This document shows positions 26,830 to 41,236 of a stretch of 64,000 nucleotides of DNA, one piece after another. Both the position numbers and the translations under genes were made by a program. The notes under the pieces were generated by a model. The model did no database searches. It worked only from the letters and a program-made list of their open reading frames with translations, and was not told where the DNA came from. The DNA comes from Octopus vulgaris (taxonomy: Eukaryota): the NCBI GenBank assembly GCA_951406725.2, contig OX597840.1:19158001-19222000 (forward strand), given 5' to 3'. Every line of letters begins with the position of its first letter. The first letter of the stretch is position 1.

Positions 26830-27560
26830 ATTACCGTCAGGCATCTTCTATACATTGAAGGCACCAAGCGATTGATGAAGACCATGGGGAAAGCAGCCCC
26901 ACATTGTTAAAACTTGTAGTGAGTTGTGCCGCAGTTGTCGGCCCTGGACGGATGTCATTTAACCTTCTTTGAATCTCGTCCCACAGGGACTCTATGGGGT
27001 TCAACTCCGGACTTAGGACAGGACATGGCAGTATCTGGATGTTGTGCTGTTAGAAGAATCTTTTATCAACCTGGCAGTATGGGTACGTGATTCCGATGAC
27101 ACAATGTGAGGCCTCAACAGTAGGTCGATGTAGCGAGCAGTGTTTAGTCCAATGCTCCGGTCTTGGCCGATGTGTTTTGGAAGACCACTGGCCCAAGTTT
27201 CTGGTTGAGTGCAATCCCGCCCCATACCATGATGCTCTGCCCCCCCCATGAGTCTCGCCACTACACAACCATCGGCATGACGTTCACCCCTTCTCCAAAC
27301 CCCAGCTTTGCCATCTCTCTCTCTCTCTTTTACTCTTTTACTTGTTTCAGTCATTTGGCTGTGGCCATGCTGGAGCACCGCCTTTAGTCGAGCATCTGTT
27401 TTGTTTGTAGCATTGTATCGTTCTCTCAGCAGCGCAATTGTCTGAATACAGCAGTTCAAGTTATTAGCAATGACCCATGAACGTTGACCAGTATGGAGAA
27501 GTCCGATGGCTTGCTCCCTCTGATTTCGTATGTCTTGGCATGCTTGCCGCGTTCGGGATA
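26830..27560 (-). mobile_element. Tc1-family transposase remnant, internally deleted, with a SINE-A tail inserted at about 27330-27390
   Basis: QREQAIGLL..IANNLNC..TI (HTH); GGQSIMVWGGI; RYIDLLLRPHIV; SPELNPIESLWDEIQRRL. Confidence 0.85.
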
Positions 27561-27567
27561 CGAATGA

Positions 27568-29300
27568 TTTTTTTTTATTGCCCACAATGTGCCAATCATA
27601 GACGGGGACAATATAAATACACAGAGGGGTCGCGAATAATTATTACATTAAGATAAAGATATCATAAAAAATTTATGACATAAAACGGATGAAAACGCAA
27701 AACAATGGGACAATACAATGGAGTGGGGGGCGGGTACAGCTTTGGCCCCGCAAACCCCGGTGCTCCCTTGAAGCTTTGCCTTACTTCCATGGTTTACAAT
27801 CAAGAGGAGTCAGCCATTGTCAACTTTCGCGCCACATCCTTCCATCTTTTTCCATATATATCACGCGACATACACTTCCTCTCCCGTCTTATTTTCCTTT
27901 TAAGAGGGAAAATAAAAAAGCTCGCTAGAGCGAGACCGGAGATGGAGGTGCCTGTTGCTACTCCTTTCATTCTTGTCTTCCAAACCACCTCTTTTGCTAT
28001 AGCAACCACAGCGAGAAAACAAACTTTTCCTTCTCGATTTAAGGAAGAAGATGGAACAATCTTAATGATTGACTCGGAGGACAGATGTACTCCTCCTAGA
28101 CATGACAGCAGCTGTTCGATGTAAACCCACAGTTCCGATATTCTCGAACACTGCACAATCGCGTGCAGAACGTTTCGTCGTTCTGTTCGCACCTTGGGCA
28201 CATGGGCAGGCAATAATCACCCTGCCTTGCGAGTTTATCTCGAATTGGTAAAACCCCTCGGTAACATTGCCAGGCCAGAGGCTTTTGGAAATTATCCAAA
28301 GGCCCCGGCCCGAATGTCGGAACAGGCTGGCGAGTTAAGTAACGTCGAGGCCCAGAGGACGTCGTCGCACTTGCCCCCTACCAACCCTCTATAAAAGAAC
28401 CTGGTGGAATCCCCGCTGCTGGCATTACCCGTGTGAGAGAGGAGCACGAGAGTCTGACGGCACTCGGCTTACCATTCTCCCAACCTTGGTCTTTGCTTGA
28501 TCCACGTTTCCAGTTCACCGAAACTAGTAAACCTGGGAGGCATCAGTTTAACGAACGGAGACCATACCCGTTCACCATCAAGATAGAGCCATAGATGCCT
28601 CAGCCTCAGCACATGTCTGCGCATCAACAGCTAAGAAATCCATAGCCCTCCCTTTAGCGGCTGTTGTCATCAGATAGAGCGCCTTACAAGCGGACTTGTA
28701 CCCTTCCACAAAAAGCGGAAGAGCAAGCGCTTTAGCTTGCTTATCCGCAAAGCGGGGAAAGGCACGACCGTCAGGCGGTAGGTGATCACAGATGCGATAA
28801 ACACATTTGCGACCTCCGCCTTCCCTTTCAGAAATAGCCACCGCTCAGACCAGGTCCGAGTTAGGAGGGTCACCCTACTCGCCACCACACTCCAATTCTT
28901 CTCTATCTGGAGGTCCGTCCAAACAAGACCCGTAGCATTTTAACCAGTCCCACCGTCCAACGTCCGACGACGCTGTTGGGTGACACCGACTTGCTCCTCC
29001 ATGTGCCGAGTTGCAAGCCGACTGATTTATCCCGTTTAATTTTTGCTCCTGAAGCCGCTTCGTAATCCTTAATGGCTGCACCTAACCTCTGTATGTGATC
29101 CACCTCGGATACGATGATGGTGATGTCATCCGCAAAGGTAGAAACCAACTTTGCGTACCCTAGATCATGCGGGATGTCCCTCATCTCCCCCAATTTCCGC
29201 AGCGAAGGCTCCAGAACCAACACATACAGAAGTGGGGAGAGGGGTCACCCTTGACATACCGAGCGCTTGATTCAGAACGGTTTCGCTCGAATGATCGAAA
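27568..29300 (-). mobile_element. Tx1/L1-clade LINE, 5'-truncated ORF2 + 3' UTR + poly(A)
   Basis: QG*PLSPLLYVLVLEP; STFADDITI; SGAKIKRDKS; CLPMCPRC..ET zinc-knuckle-like region; aataaa + A-run at 27568-27580. Confidence 0.9.
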
Positions 29301-29389
<89 letters not shown>

Positions 29390-29746
29390 AATATTTATAC
29401 ATACATACATACATGCATACATACATACATACAATACATACATACATATATATATATACATATATATATATACACATATACACAAAAACATACGCACAAC
29501 ACACACATACGGACACATATAGAATACATGGTCCAACTTTTTGAGTGATTTGGCTGCTATTTCCCATTTAGTGAGTCGACCGACTACATCGATGTTTCAC
29601 CAGATATAAATAAATTCGTTTAATATAGAACGATGATTCAATTATGCTGCGTTCGTACTATTCCATGGGAAGAATTTAATATGAAGAATGGCCAATATCG
29701 CGGATATTATTGAAAATACTGTTCATAAAGTCACACATCAATAGAC

Positions 29747-29749
<3 letters not shown>

Positions 29750-29802
<53 letters not shown>

Positions 29803-29815
29803 CATACATACATAT

Positions 29816-29903
<88 letters not shown>

Positions 29904-29908
29904 ATATG

Positions 29909-29980
<72 letters not shown>

Positions 29981-29983
29981 TAC

Positions 29984-30082
<99 letters not shown>

Positions 30083-30094
30083 TATACATATATG

Positions 30095-30140
<46 letters not shown>

Positions 30141-30216
30141 CATACAGATATATACATATATGTATATACATACAGATATATGTATACATACATACAGATG
30201 TATATAAATATGCATG

Positions 30217-30255
<39 letters not shown>
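29750..30255. repeat. (TA)n-rich block
   Basis: Direct reading. Confidence 0.95.
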
Positions 30256-30975
30256 CGCCTACACACACACATATACACCTGCATACACACACGTGCACAC
30301 GTACCTGAGAGATAATCGCATACAGATGCACATAAGCATTCATACACATATACATACCCATTCACAGATACGCAAATACATACGCGCCCGCGCGCTCACT
30401 TCCAGCTCCAATTGTCATTTTGGAATCTAATTATCTACAAATATTCCTTCTCCAAAGATCATAGTTACGGCACCACCAATCTCTTGGATATCGATATTCT
30501 GTCAATAGTTTTGGAAACAGATCTCATTATGTTTTATAACCGCTATCGATTATTTGTTTTTAGCAAAACACACACTACACACACATACACACAGACACAC
30601 ACAGACACACACAGACACACACAGACACACACATAAACTCATACGCGTGCATGCACCCGCATGTATATACATATATATACACTCAGAGACTTTGTTAAGA
30701 AGAAAAAAACAATTAAACAATTGTTTCGCATCAAAACATTCACTCTTTTATGAACAATTAAGAATGAAATTAAATTTTCTCCATCACTCTCTCTCTCCTT
30801 CTCTCTCTCCCCCCTCTCTCTCCCTCTGTCTCTCTCAGTCTAGATCTATTTCTGTTTATCTGTTTGTGTATGTATCTATCTCTTCCTGGCTCCCTTTGGC
30901 TCTTCGTCTGTCTGTCTGTTTATTTGTGCCTCTCCCCACCTCTCTCTCTCTCACTCCGTCTTTCTTTTTTATCTC

Positions 30976-31130
30976 TTTCCCTTTTTCTGTCTGTCTGTCA
31001 TTCCCTCTCTCTCTCTTCATCTTTCTTTTTCTCTCTTTTTCTTTCTCTGTATCTCTAGCCATCTCTCTTCCCCTTTCTGTCTGTTTCTCTCTCTCTCTTC
31101 CTCCTCTCTCTCTCTCTATATATATATATT

Positions 31131-31174
<44 letters not shown>

Positions 31175-31340
31175 AGGAAGAGAGAGAAAACAGACAGAAA
31201 GGGGAAGAGAGATGGCTAGAGATACAGAGAAAGAAAAAGAGAGAAAAAGAAAGATGAAGAGAGAGAGAGAGGGAAAGACAGACAGACAGAAAAAGGGAAA
31301 GACTGATATATATATATATATATATATATATCAGTCTTTC
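30976..31340. repeat. Fold-back duplication of CT-rich DNA around (TA)n, plus nested mini fold-back
   Basis: About 30976-31115 vs 31155-31300 reverse complement (ORF track MARDTEKEKERKRKMKRER on both strands); aaagactga-(TA)n-tcagtcttt at about 31298-31339. Confidence 0.85.
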
Positions 31341-31659
31341 TCAGTCATTTTGTCTCACTTTGCATTTACGTATATATATATATATATATCTACCATTTAC
31401 TCTATCTCTCTGTCTGTCTCTTTTCCTGTTTCTCCCTACCTCTCTCCATGTCTCTACATCTGTATCTATCTCTCCCCCCCTTTCACTCTCCTTCTCTCTA
31501 TATCTCTATCTCATCTTGTTCCTTTCTATTTCCTCTCTTTCTCCCACACACTTTATACCTTTTCATATCTCCATTTCTCTCCTTCTGAAAAGAAAAAAAA
31601 AATGTCCGTGCATAACGGTATCATCCTTCCTGGTAGCTTTTAAATTACTCTTTTAAGCT

Positions 31660-32100
31660 TCGAATTGCTCATAAGTCCTTTTATTCCAATAGCTTCTTTC
31701 CCCGAACAGCTGCTCTCTGGAATTCAGTCTCATCATCTTGTTTTCGAAATATAGAATCGAGTTCAACATGGTGGGCCTTCTTCTTTCTTCTAGGTTAGAA
31801 TCTTTGGTGCATCGTCAAAAATGTATCTTGGTTGTGTCTTTTCTATAATTATTTCCCTTGTCATAGCTCTCCTTTCTCGAGACCTTTAAACGTATCACCT
31901 GCTTCTCAGACTCATCGTTTCTCTGTCGAGCTTCCTGTTAGTTATAGGTCATTCTATTCCAATAGCTTCTTTCCTCCAACTACTGCTCTCTGGAATTCAC
32001 TAGCATCGTCTTGTTTTCGGATTCAGAATCGAGATGTTAATACATGCGGTCACTTCTTTCTACTGGATTGGATTCTTTGGGTCATCTTTGAAATGTATCA
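31660..32100 (+). mobile_element. Two tandem CR1/Jockey-type LINE ORF2 C-terminal remnants
   Basis: SFYSNSFFPRTAALWNS / SFYSNSFFPPTTALWNSL. Confidence 0.65.
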
Positions 32101-32719
32101 TCGTAGTAACTTTTCTAAAATAAGCATTTCAGTGTTCATTGCTCTGACGAACTTTCTGTTCTAAATCCTTTGTCAAAATCTTTAAAAGTATCACCCGATT
32201 CTTTTCTTGGGTGCAAACTTTCTTTGGTGAGCTTTCTGTTAGTCAAAAGTTCATTTATTTTAATAACCTCTTTCTTCGAACTGCTGCACTCTAGAACTTA
32301 CTTCCATCGTCTTAATTTCCTCTTTTCTAAGATATTCAGACATTTAAGCTTTCTGCCAATCAACTCCTTTTGGGTTTGTAGGCCCCTTTCTTTTCCTCCT
32401 TTCTTTTAGTCCATCACGCTACAGTCGTTTCAAGCCCTTTTGGGGACAAAACCGTATATATAGAAAACAAATCTGGACTAATTTTTCCAAGTCACCCTAC
32501 CAAATTTTCTGAGGCCTTGCCGGCTTTCGAGAACCATGCTGATTTTCGGAGACACGAAAATATAAGATGTCCTTTACATTGAACCCAACTGGTTAATGTT
32601 TCCTTGCATTTCTTAGAAAGGTTACTCAAGAAAACCTCTGAGTTTCTTGAAAATAGTTAAGGAAAAATACCATAAGCCTTTTAATAACAACTCGCCTGAG
32701 ATCTGTTTTGCCTTTCAAC

Positions 32720-34430
32720 CCCCAATCCCGAAGGAGATAAAAAACTAAAGTAGATCTCGGCGAATTTTGAATTCAGAACGTAAAACCAGAAGCAATCCTG
32801 AAAAGACGGAAGAAATGCCAGCATTGCTAGCGATTCTGCCAGCTCGCCGCCTTTTTCATAATCCTTTTTACTAAAGCCACAAGGCTTGAAATTTTGGGGG
32901 AGGGGCTAATCGATTATATCAACTACAGTACGCAAATGGCACTTATTTCATCGACCCCCGAAGGGAGAAAGGCAAAGTCGACCTTGGCAGAATTTGAACT
33001 CAGAACATAAAGACAGACAAAATGTCGCTAAGTATTTTTCCGCGCTGTGCTAACAATTCTGCCCGCTCACCGCTCTCCAAACGCAAACAAAATAATGATA
33101 TATATATCGTTCTAAATTGCTCCTTACTTTAAGAATTAATTAAAAGCATAGGCTGTATATTTCAACAGAAATATGGTAACAGGAGTGTTAATAAGAATTT
33201 AGCTTTATGTCGTTTATTACAATTCGAATTTGCCTGGATATTGGATATGTATAGATTTATAGGACGTATATTGTCATATTGATATCATTAAAGAGACGTC
33301 AGGCAATGAGTTGGCAGAATCGTTAGCACGCCGGATAAAACGTGTAGCGGCATTTCGTCCGTGTTTACGACTGGGGTCAATGTAATCGGCTTACCTCCTC
33401 CGCCAATATTGCTGGCCTTGTGCTAAAATTTGAAACCAATAATATTTTAGAATCCAAGGCGGCGAGTTGGGAAAGGCATTAGCACACCGAGACTTTGCCT
33501 TTCATCCTTTCGGGGTCGATAAAATAAGTACCAACTGAACACTGGTGTCGATGTAATCGACTTACCTTCTCCATCGATTTTACTGGCCTTGTGCCAAAAT
33601 TTGAAAGCAATATTATTGAAGAATCTAAGGTGGTGAGTTTGCAGAATCATTACCACACCGAACAGAATGCTTAGAGCCATTTCGCACGTCTTTAGATTCT
33701 ATGTTCGAATTCTACCGAAATCGACTTTGCCTTTCATCATTTCGGGGTCGATAAAACAAGTAGGAATTGAGCACCGGCTTCGATGTAATCGATTTAACCC
33801 TCCCACGAACTTACTGGTCTTGTGCCAACATTTAAAATCGATATTATTTAAGAATCCGTTGAAACGTTTATGGCAATGAAAAAGCAACAGCTACACGTAT
33901 AACAAAATGTCTCGTGACATTTAATTTCATAATTTATACATCTTCATTTTTGGGGAATCGAAAATACAAAATATTAGACGTGACTGGGGGCATCTGAACC
34001 TTCACCAAACATACATGGATTAGTTTCCCATGAGTATTATCTGAAATCAGCAAAATACTGGAGAAATTCAGCTAAATTAAAGGGGCATTCTAATATAAAC
34101 AAACAAAATTGTTTCGGCTTTAGAATAATTTTTATTTCTTTATTGCCCACAAGGGGTAAACATAGAGGAGGACAAACAAGGACAGACAAGCGGATTAAGT
34201 CGATTATATCGACCCCCATTACGTAACTGGTACTTATTTAATCGACCCCGAAAGGATGAAAGGCAAAGTCGACCTCGGTGGAATTTGAACTCAAAACGTA
34301 GCCTCAGGCACGTGATTGTCTTTCATCCTTTCGAGATCAATAAAATAAAGTACCAGATATGTACTGTACTCGATAGTATTGGCTAATCCCTTCTAACATT
34401 GCTGGCCTTGTGCCAAAATCTAAAACCGTG
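32720..34430. mobile_element. Cluster of degenerate family-B-related SINE copies in both orientations
   Basis: Repeated gactttgcctttcatcctttcggggtcgat / ggccttgtgccaaaatttgaa motifs. Confidence 0.8.
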
Positions 34431-34667
34431 ATATTGGCATGTGGGCCTGGAGGTTAAGATGTCAGGCTCAAAGTCATGCGACCGCGAGTCCGATTCCTAG
34501 ATAAGGTGGTGCGTTGTACTTTAAACTACATATTAATATCACGCTGACCGAATATAAATCTTTGTGAATCGGGGAGGAGGGAGAAAAAGATGCCAGTGTA
34601 TATCGTAAAAGCATAGGACATGCTGTCGTCCTCGCTTGTGAAGAGTAAGCATTATATGCATACAGTA

Positions 34668-34705
<38 letters not shown>

Positions 34706-34912
34706 TGTATACATGCGTGCGTGCGTGTGTGTATGTATATATATATATATATATAACGTGTATACGTCTGAGTATTTTATTTGCCTATCTGTGTGCGATA
34801 ATTACATATACACTACTCATATACATGCATGTATATGCATCTACATACATGCACACATCCATTCACGCATACATATATGTATGTATATATATGTATATAT
34901 ACACTATATTTA

Positions 34913-34950
<38 letters not shown>

Positions 34951-35093
34951 TACACGTACACATATATATATATACGTATGTATAGATGTATGTATAGATG
35001 TATGTATATAAGTATATATATAATATATATATATATTCATGTATGTATATATGTATATATATATACACATATACATATATGCATGTATACATG

Positions 35094-35197
<104 letters not shown>

Positions 35198-35707
35198 TAC
35201 ATATATACATATGTATATATGTATATCGATCCACGGTTAGTGCGTTTAATGGTTTATTTCATTCCATTTATTCTGTTTATTCGTTATTTACTGCCTCTTC
35301 TTGTTGTGTTTATTCTATTCATGTTCGTTTATTGCTTTCCATTCTTCCACTCCTCAAAATCTCCTAAAACGCCAAACCATACATCATCTCGGCGTCCGTC
35401 TTTGATTTATTGCTCTATGAAATTTTTCCTTATATTAAAAATTCTTTGTTAATCTCCTCCCAATTTTCCAAACAAATTTTAATTATGTTGCCCATCAGAT
35501 ATATATATATACAATAACTCCATTAATCTTCATAACAGGCCGCATTTGTTATCTTTCGAATTAATTTCTAAATAACTTTGGATATCATATACCTTATATA
35601 ATATGTAATATATAATACATGATGTATTATATTCTTTACTCTTTTGCTTGTTCAGATAATTTGACGCCGACGACGACGACGATGATGGGGAACCGTTTAG
35701 AATAATT

Positions 35708-36167
35708 TTCATTTCTTTATTGCCCACAGGGGGCTAAACATAGAGGAGACAAACAAGGACAGACAAAGGGATTAAGTCGATTACATCGACCCCAGTGTGT
35801 AACTGGTACTTAATTTATCGACCCCGAAAGGATGAAAGGCAAAGTCGACCTCGGCCTTTCATCCTTCCGGGTCGATCAAATAAGTACCAGTTACGCACTG
35901 GGGTCGATATAATCGACTTAATCCCTTTGTCTGTCCTTGTTTGTCCTCTCTGTGTTTAGCCCCTTGTGGGTAGTAAAGAAATAGGAAATTTTGTCTGCTG
36001 TTACGTTCTGAGTTCAAATTCCGCTGAGGTCGACTTTGCCTTTCATCCTTTCGGGGTCCATAAATTAAGTACCAGTTACGCACTGAGGTCGATGTAATCG
36101 ACTTAATCATTTTGTATGTCCTTGTTTGTCCCCTCTATGTTTAGCCCCCTGTGGGCAATAAAGAAAT
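35708..36167. mobile_element. Three family B SINE pieces (one minus, two plus) forming an inverted repeat
   Basis: 35708-35836 (-), about 35833-35983 (+), about 35985-36167 (+). Confidence 0.85.
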
Positions 36168-36619
36168 ATATATTTATTTACACATTTGACATGCTTAGAG
36201 TGACGACCGTTTCGCACCCTTTTTCATGTAGTGATAATTATGGTATGGAATAAATTATACTTACATTATTAAATATATATGTATGTTCTGCATTATATAT
36301 GCAAATAAATAAGGCTAGCTCCTCAGATCTCCAGGATACCATACTTATTCACACACATAAATTCATGTATGTATATATGTACACACAGATATATATATAA
36401 TAATACACACGCACAAACACAAACACACACACACACATATATGTATATAGAAAGATAGGTAGAGAGAAAGAGAAAGAGAGAGGGTGAGACGGAGAGAGAG
36501 AAATAGATAGCTAGAGGAAACGATGTCTCCACACTAAAGTCCCTTCACTGATGTAACCAGTCATTGGGGTGCCACTCTAGACGTTTTTCCAGCCAACCGT
36601 CGAACCGTTCTCCCAACCG

Positions 36620-36958
36620 TTTTTCCAGCGGACCGTCGAACCTTGCTCCTTCAGACTACCATTTGTTTCGTAGTTTACAGAATCATTTGGGGGACATAAA
36701 CAAGCCAGGAGGAGGTCGAAACGGACATTTCAGAGTTCTTCGCTTTGAAACCAAAAGAGTTTTACATTGATGGGATTAAAAAGCTTGTAAATAGATGGAA
36801 GGAAGTCATAGATAAGCAGGGAAAGTGAGTCTAATATAGGTACATAATATAGGTACATAATATAGGTACATTGATGATTAAGTTTCAATTAAATATAACA
36901 TTTGATCACTTGTTTTATTTATTCAAAATTCAGACAGAATTTATGGGACGACCTGATA
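36620..36958 (+). mobile_element. Mariner transposon 3' end
   Basis: LAPSDYHLFRSLQNHL; SEFFALKPKEFYIDGIKKLVNRWKEVIDKQG; TIR-like end ..atttatgggacgacctgaTA. Confidence 0.85.
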
Positions 36959-37064
36959 TATATAAATGAAAGCTCGTCAGAAACTATCTTGTTTAGCGTG
37001 CTAGAAATAGCAGCGATCACATAGTTATTATTATAAGCTTATAGCGTTCCAAGTAGCCATCAAC

Positions 37065-37345
37065 AAAATCACTTCTTTAAAAGATAGAAAAAAGTTATCC
37101 CGCCATATTAAATCATTTTCATTTTATCAAAAATATTCATTTAGCAAACTCCGGAAACTGATAATATTCTGGAAATTGTACCGCGTATCAAAATTATACA
37201 GCTATTTTGTGTAATAGCATGCATTCATTCAAAGCAAAATCACTTAAAAATGATACCGGTATATAAAAAAAATGCTCATTTTATCAAAAACATTCATTTA
37301 ACAAGCTCCGGAAACTGCTAATATTCATGAAATTATGTCTCGTAT
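37065..37345. repeat. Degenerate tandem duplication (about 170-bp period)
   Basis: aaaatcactt..tcattttatcaaaaa(t/c)attcattta..ctccggaaactg..cgtatcaaa occurs twice. Confidence 0.75.
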
Positions 37346-37772
37346 CAAAGTTAAATAGCCATTATTAAATTATCATTAATGAAAATAGAGGCGAGCGTGA
37401 ATGAGAGACTGTTGCGAATAAAAAACGTAAAATGTTGCCTGCAACGAATTAATACTGTTTATTATTAAACATTAAAATGTACTCCGCAGTGAATGCAATG
37501 AATATTTAAATTCATGAAGAATTGAACGCAGTGGATGTAATGGATATTTAAGTTTGCGAGAATTTGGAGCTAAAAAAATTCAATAAACTTGAGAAATCGA
37601 AACTAAGTGCAATTTCTTAGAACATGAATTTATAAAACTATTTCCAGACAGTCAATTTTTTAATAATTGCTTTCTTTTAGTACTTTTAATAATTGTAACA
37701 TACTTAATTAACAAGCAGCTTTCTCCGTTATCGTATAGATTATTATTATTATTATTAAGGCAGCGAGCTGCC

Positions 37773-38080
37773 TTATATTGGTCGGAAATTTCCAACTGCA
37801 TTCCTTTGACTTGGGTGCTTCTGATATAATACCGCTCTTCCTCTTGTCATCCAGGCCGGTACTTGAATGTCACTATTCAGTATTTCGTCCTGCTGTCTCG
37901 CAATTCTCTGCAGAGCTGTCAAGTTTTTAAGCCAAAAGCCATGAACCCTGTCTGGGCCAGGCGCTTTCCATTTAGGAATTTTCCTGCACTGATCTCTAAT
38001 CATCTCTTCGGTTATTGTCAAATCCTCCGGCTGATACACTCCACTCCTCTTTTCAGTTTCGTGTTGTTTCTTCCGAGGCC
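37773..38080 (-). mobile_element. Dong/R4-type RT N-terminal fragment next to (TAA)n
   Basis: ITEEMIRDQCRKIPKWKAPGPDRVHGFWLKNL..PAWMTRGR..NFRPI. Confidence 0.85.
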
Positions 38081-38108
38081 ATTATTATTTTTATTATTAT
38101 TATTATTA

Positions 38109-38167
<59 letters not shown>

Positions 38168-38639
38168 GAATGAAAGAGCAGAGCATGCCGTTTTATTCTG
38201 AGACAAAACCACCTATATTAGTCTCACTTTTCCTGCTTCAAACATTATTATTCCGGTTTAAGAATTCGGAAATATTCTTCACGATTGTACATTTTCAGTA
38301 ACTCGCTCATCTCTTTGATTTCTCAGACACACACTAGTAATACCGAAAAAGAGGAAAAATAGAGAATTCTTGTAACCAAGTTACTGTCTAAGAAGTATGG
38401 AATCGATAAATCTGAAGCTAAGGTGAAATCTTTTGGATAACATCATCACAGAATGATTCTTCAAGCGAACTAAGAACTTCCAACCTTTCTTTCGATTAAA
38501 ATCGCCAAAATTTGATTCAAAATGACCTGCGACGTCACACGCAAAGTTGAAATGTATCAATGGAGATGTTATTAAATTTGTCTCGTCTTTGTCTTGGAGA
38601 AACAACAACAACAATAATAATAATGATGATGATTACAAC

Positions 38640-38858
38640 AGTATTAATTTCTATATAGTAATGATAATAATGATGATGGCGATAATGACGACGATGACGA
38701 CGATGACGACGATGATGACGATGATGATGATGATGATGATGACGATGATGATGATGATGAGGATGACGATGATGATGATGATGACGATGATGGTGACGGT
38801 TATGATGATGATGATGATGATGATGACGATTATGATGATGGTGATGATGATGACGATT

Positions 38859-38893
<35 letters not shown>

Positions 38894-38910
38894 AATGATG
38901 ACGACGACAA
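38640..38910. repeat. (GAT/GAC)n trinucleotide tract
   Basis: Direct reading. Confidence 0.95.
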
Positions 38911-39518
38911 CAGTGACAATAATACAAATAAAAGTATGCTACTGGGTTGGTGTCCAGCGTAGAATAGCTCAAACTTTTATGGGTAGAGAGATCCTTTCAA
39001 GTGCTTTGAGACAAAAAACCCTTCTAGAGATGGTGTCTCCATAGAAATACTTTGCTCTTCATGGGAGTAATGGATAAAAGGATTAAAACAAACAACGGCG
39101 CAAATGAGGACGGAACTAGGGGTGACGGGTTTTCCGTGGGTGAGCAGCACAGGCCTGGTCGTCATTATACAGCGCTGCCAGAACAATATGGGGACTAAGA
39201 TGGGGACTAATACAGCTGCCACAGGATAGTATTTTTTGAATGCATCTGTTGACGATGAAGGAAATGCCATAAGAGAATACAGAAAGAGGATGCCATGGCA
39301 TTTGGATAGAAACGCAGGATTCAGATATTACGGAACAGAGACTCTGTGATCAGTTAAGGGCAACAAGGAGGAAAGGGTAGCTTAGAGTATTAGTGGTTGA
39401 GGAGATTAAGAAGAGGGTGACGGTTGAAAACGCAGGGAGTGTCGTAGAAGTGGCTGCAGCAGAAGTTAACGAAGTTGTATTTAATTGAGATGCCGAGGAG
39501 AATTATACTGAGAATATA

Positions 39519-39933
39519 GCGCAGGAGTGGCTGTGTGGTAAGTAGCTTGCTTACCAACCACATGGCTTCGGATTCAGTCCCACTGCGTGGCACCTTGGGC
39601 TAGTGTCTTCTACTATAGCCTCGGGCCGACCAAAGCCTTGTGAGTGGATTTGGTAGACGGAAATTGAAAGAAGCCCGTCGTATATATATATATATATGTA
39701 TGTATGTATGTGTGTGTGTGTGCGTGTGTGTTTGTGTGTCTGTGTTTGTCCCCCTAGCATTGCTTGACAACCGATGCTGGTCACTTATGTCCCCGTCACT
39801 TAGCGGTTCGGTAAAAGAGACCGATAGAATAAGTACTGGGCTTACAAAGAATAAGTCCCGAGGTCGAGTTGCTCGATTAAAGGCGGTGCTCCAGCATGGC
39901 TGCAGTCAAAATGACTGAAACAAGTAAAAAGAG
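39519..39933 (+). mobile_element. Full-length tRNA-derived SINE, family A
   Basis: A-box tggctgtgtggtaag, B-box ggattcagtccc, ccttgggctagtg core, internal (TA)/(TG), tail ..gactgaaacaagtaaaaagag. Confidence 0.9.
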
Positions 39934-39939
39934 AAAAAG

Positions 39940-40745
39940 AGAAAAAGGAGATGAGGAGAGAGGAATAATCGAAGATGTCACTTGAAGCATTAAGGAAAAT
40001 CTGGACATGGAAGTAAATGGATTCAGGAAAGTAGTGAGAACTTTGCTCAAGAGATGGACCCAAAAGGTAAATAAGATACCGAGAGAAATTAAGACAGATA
40101 ATATAGCAGGAGCGAATAGATTGATTAAAGTTTGTTTCTTCTATACAGGAAGGAAAATAGGACTTGGACCAAACCGTAAAAAAGGGAATGTAGAAAAAGT
40201 ACCTTGGTGGAAAAGAAGGATAAAGCAATCAGTGAACGAACTACGAAATCATATCAACACCTTGGAAAGGAAGAAACAAGATGAAATCAGGAAGGAGATA
40301 TATCAGGAACTGGAACGTAGGCATAGGATAAAAAAGTGGTGCCTAAATGTAGTTCTTGAAGAGCTGAAACAAAGACTGCAGGCTAAAGCTACAAAGATCA
40401 AGAGATGTGGCTAAAAAACTGAATAATATAAAATCAGCAGATTGTTCTAGTAGGATCACAAAAGGGTTCATTAGCAGCTGAATGGGGATCTCGGAGCATA
40501 ATTACCCAGTTCGAAAAATATGTCGGAAAAACTGAAATTGACATAAAAAAACCTACTCCTACTCGGATAGCTAAGATTTTGAGATTGGATCTTAGGTGGT
40601 TAGTATCTTCCATGAAACTTAAGGCCTAAGTACCAAGTCTTATAGCCTGTAGAAAGAGAACATGCGAGACATTTAACAACAGGATGCTGTCCACTCTCAC
40701 AAAATTAACCGAAGCAAGTAAAATCGAGATCTCTGAGAAGTAAAA
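39940..40745 (+). mobile_element. Dong/R4-type element remnant (pre-RT region plus probable 3' end)
   Basis: IKTDNI...N.LI...VPWWKRRIKQSVNELRNHINTL...LEELKQRLQAKATKIKR; LLLG..KILR-like sequence at about 40555-40585; ends in TAA repeats. Confidence 0.75.
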
Positions 40746-40993
40746 TGCAAATAATAATGATAATAGGTTCAAATTTTGGCACAAGGTCAGCAGTTTCGTG
40801 GAAGGAGGTAAGTCGATTACATCGACTCCAGTGTTCAGTTGGTACTTATTTTATCGACCCCGAAAAGATTAAAGGGAAAGTCTACTCTTTTGAGTTCAAA
40901 TGCCACCGAAGTAGACTTTCCCTTTCATCCGTCGGACAAAAGGCCGCTAAGCATTTTGTCCAGCGTGCTAACGATTCTGCCAGATTCCGCCTT

Positions 40994-41024
<31 letters not shown>

Positions 41025-41176
41025 ACAACAACAACAACAGCAACAGCAACAATAATAATGACGATGATAACAGGAGTATTAATAATGATAACATTAATAG
41101 TAGTAGTAATGATTAATAGTAGTAGTCATGTAACTGTCATATTTATAGTAATAATGATAATAATAGTACTATTATG

Positions 41177-41235
<59 letters not shown>

Positions 41236-41236
<1 letters not shown>

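Noticed and set aside
38930-39510. Possible CR1-like RT remnant (minus)
   Set aside because: Too degenerate; no intact diagnostic motif.
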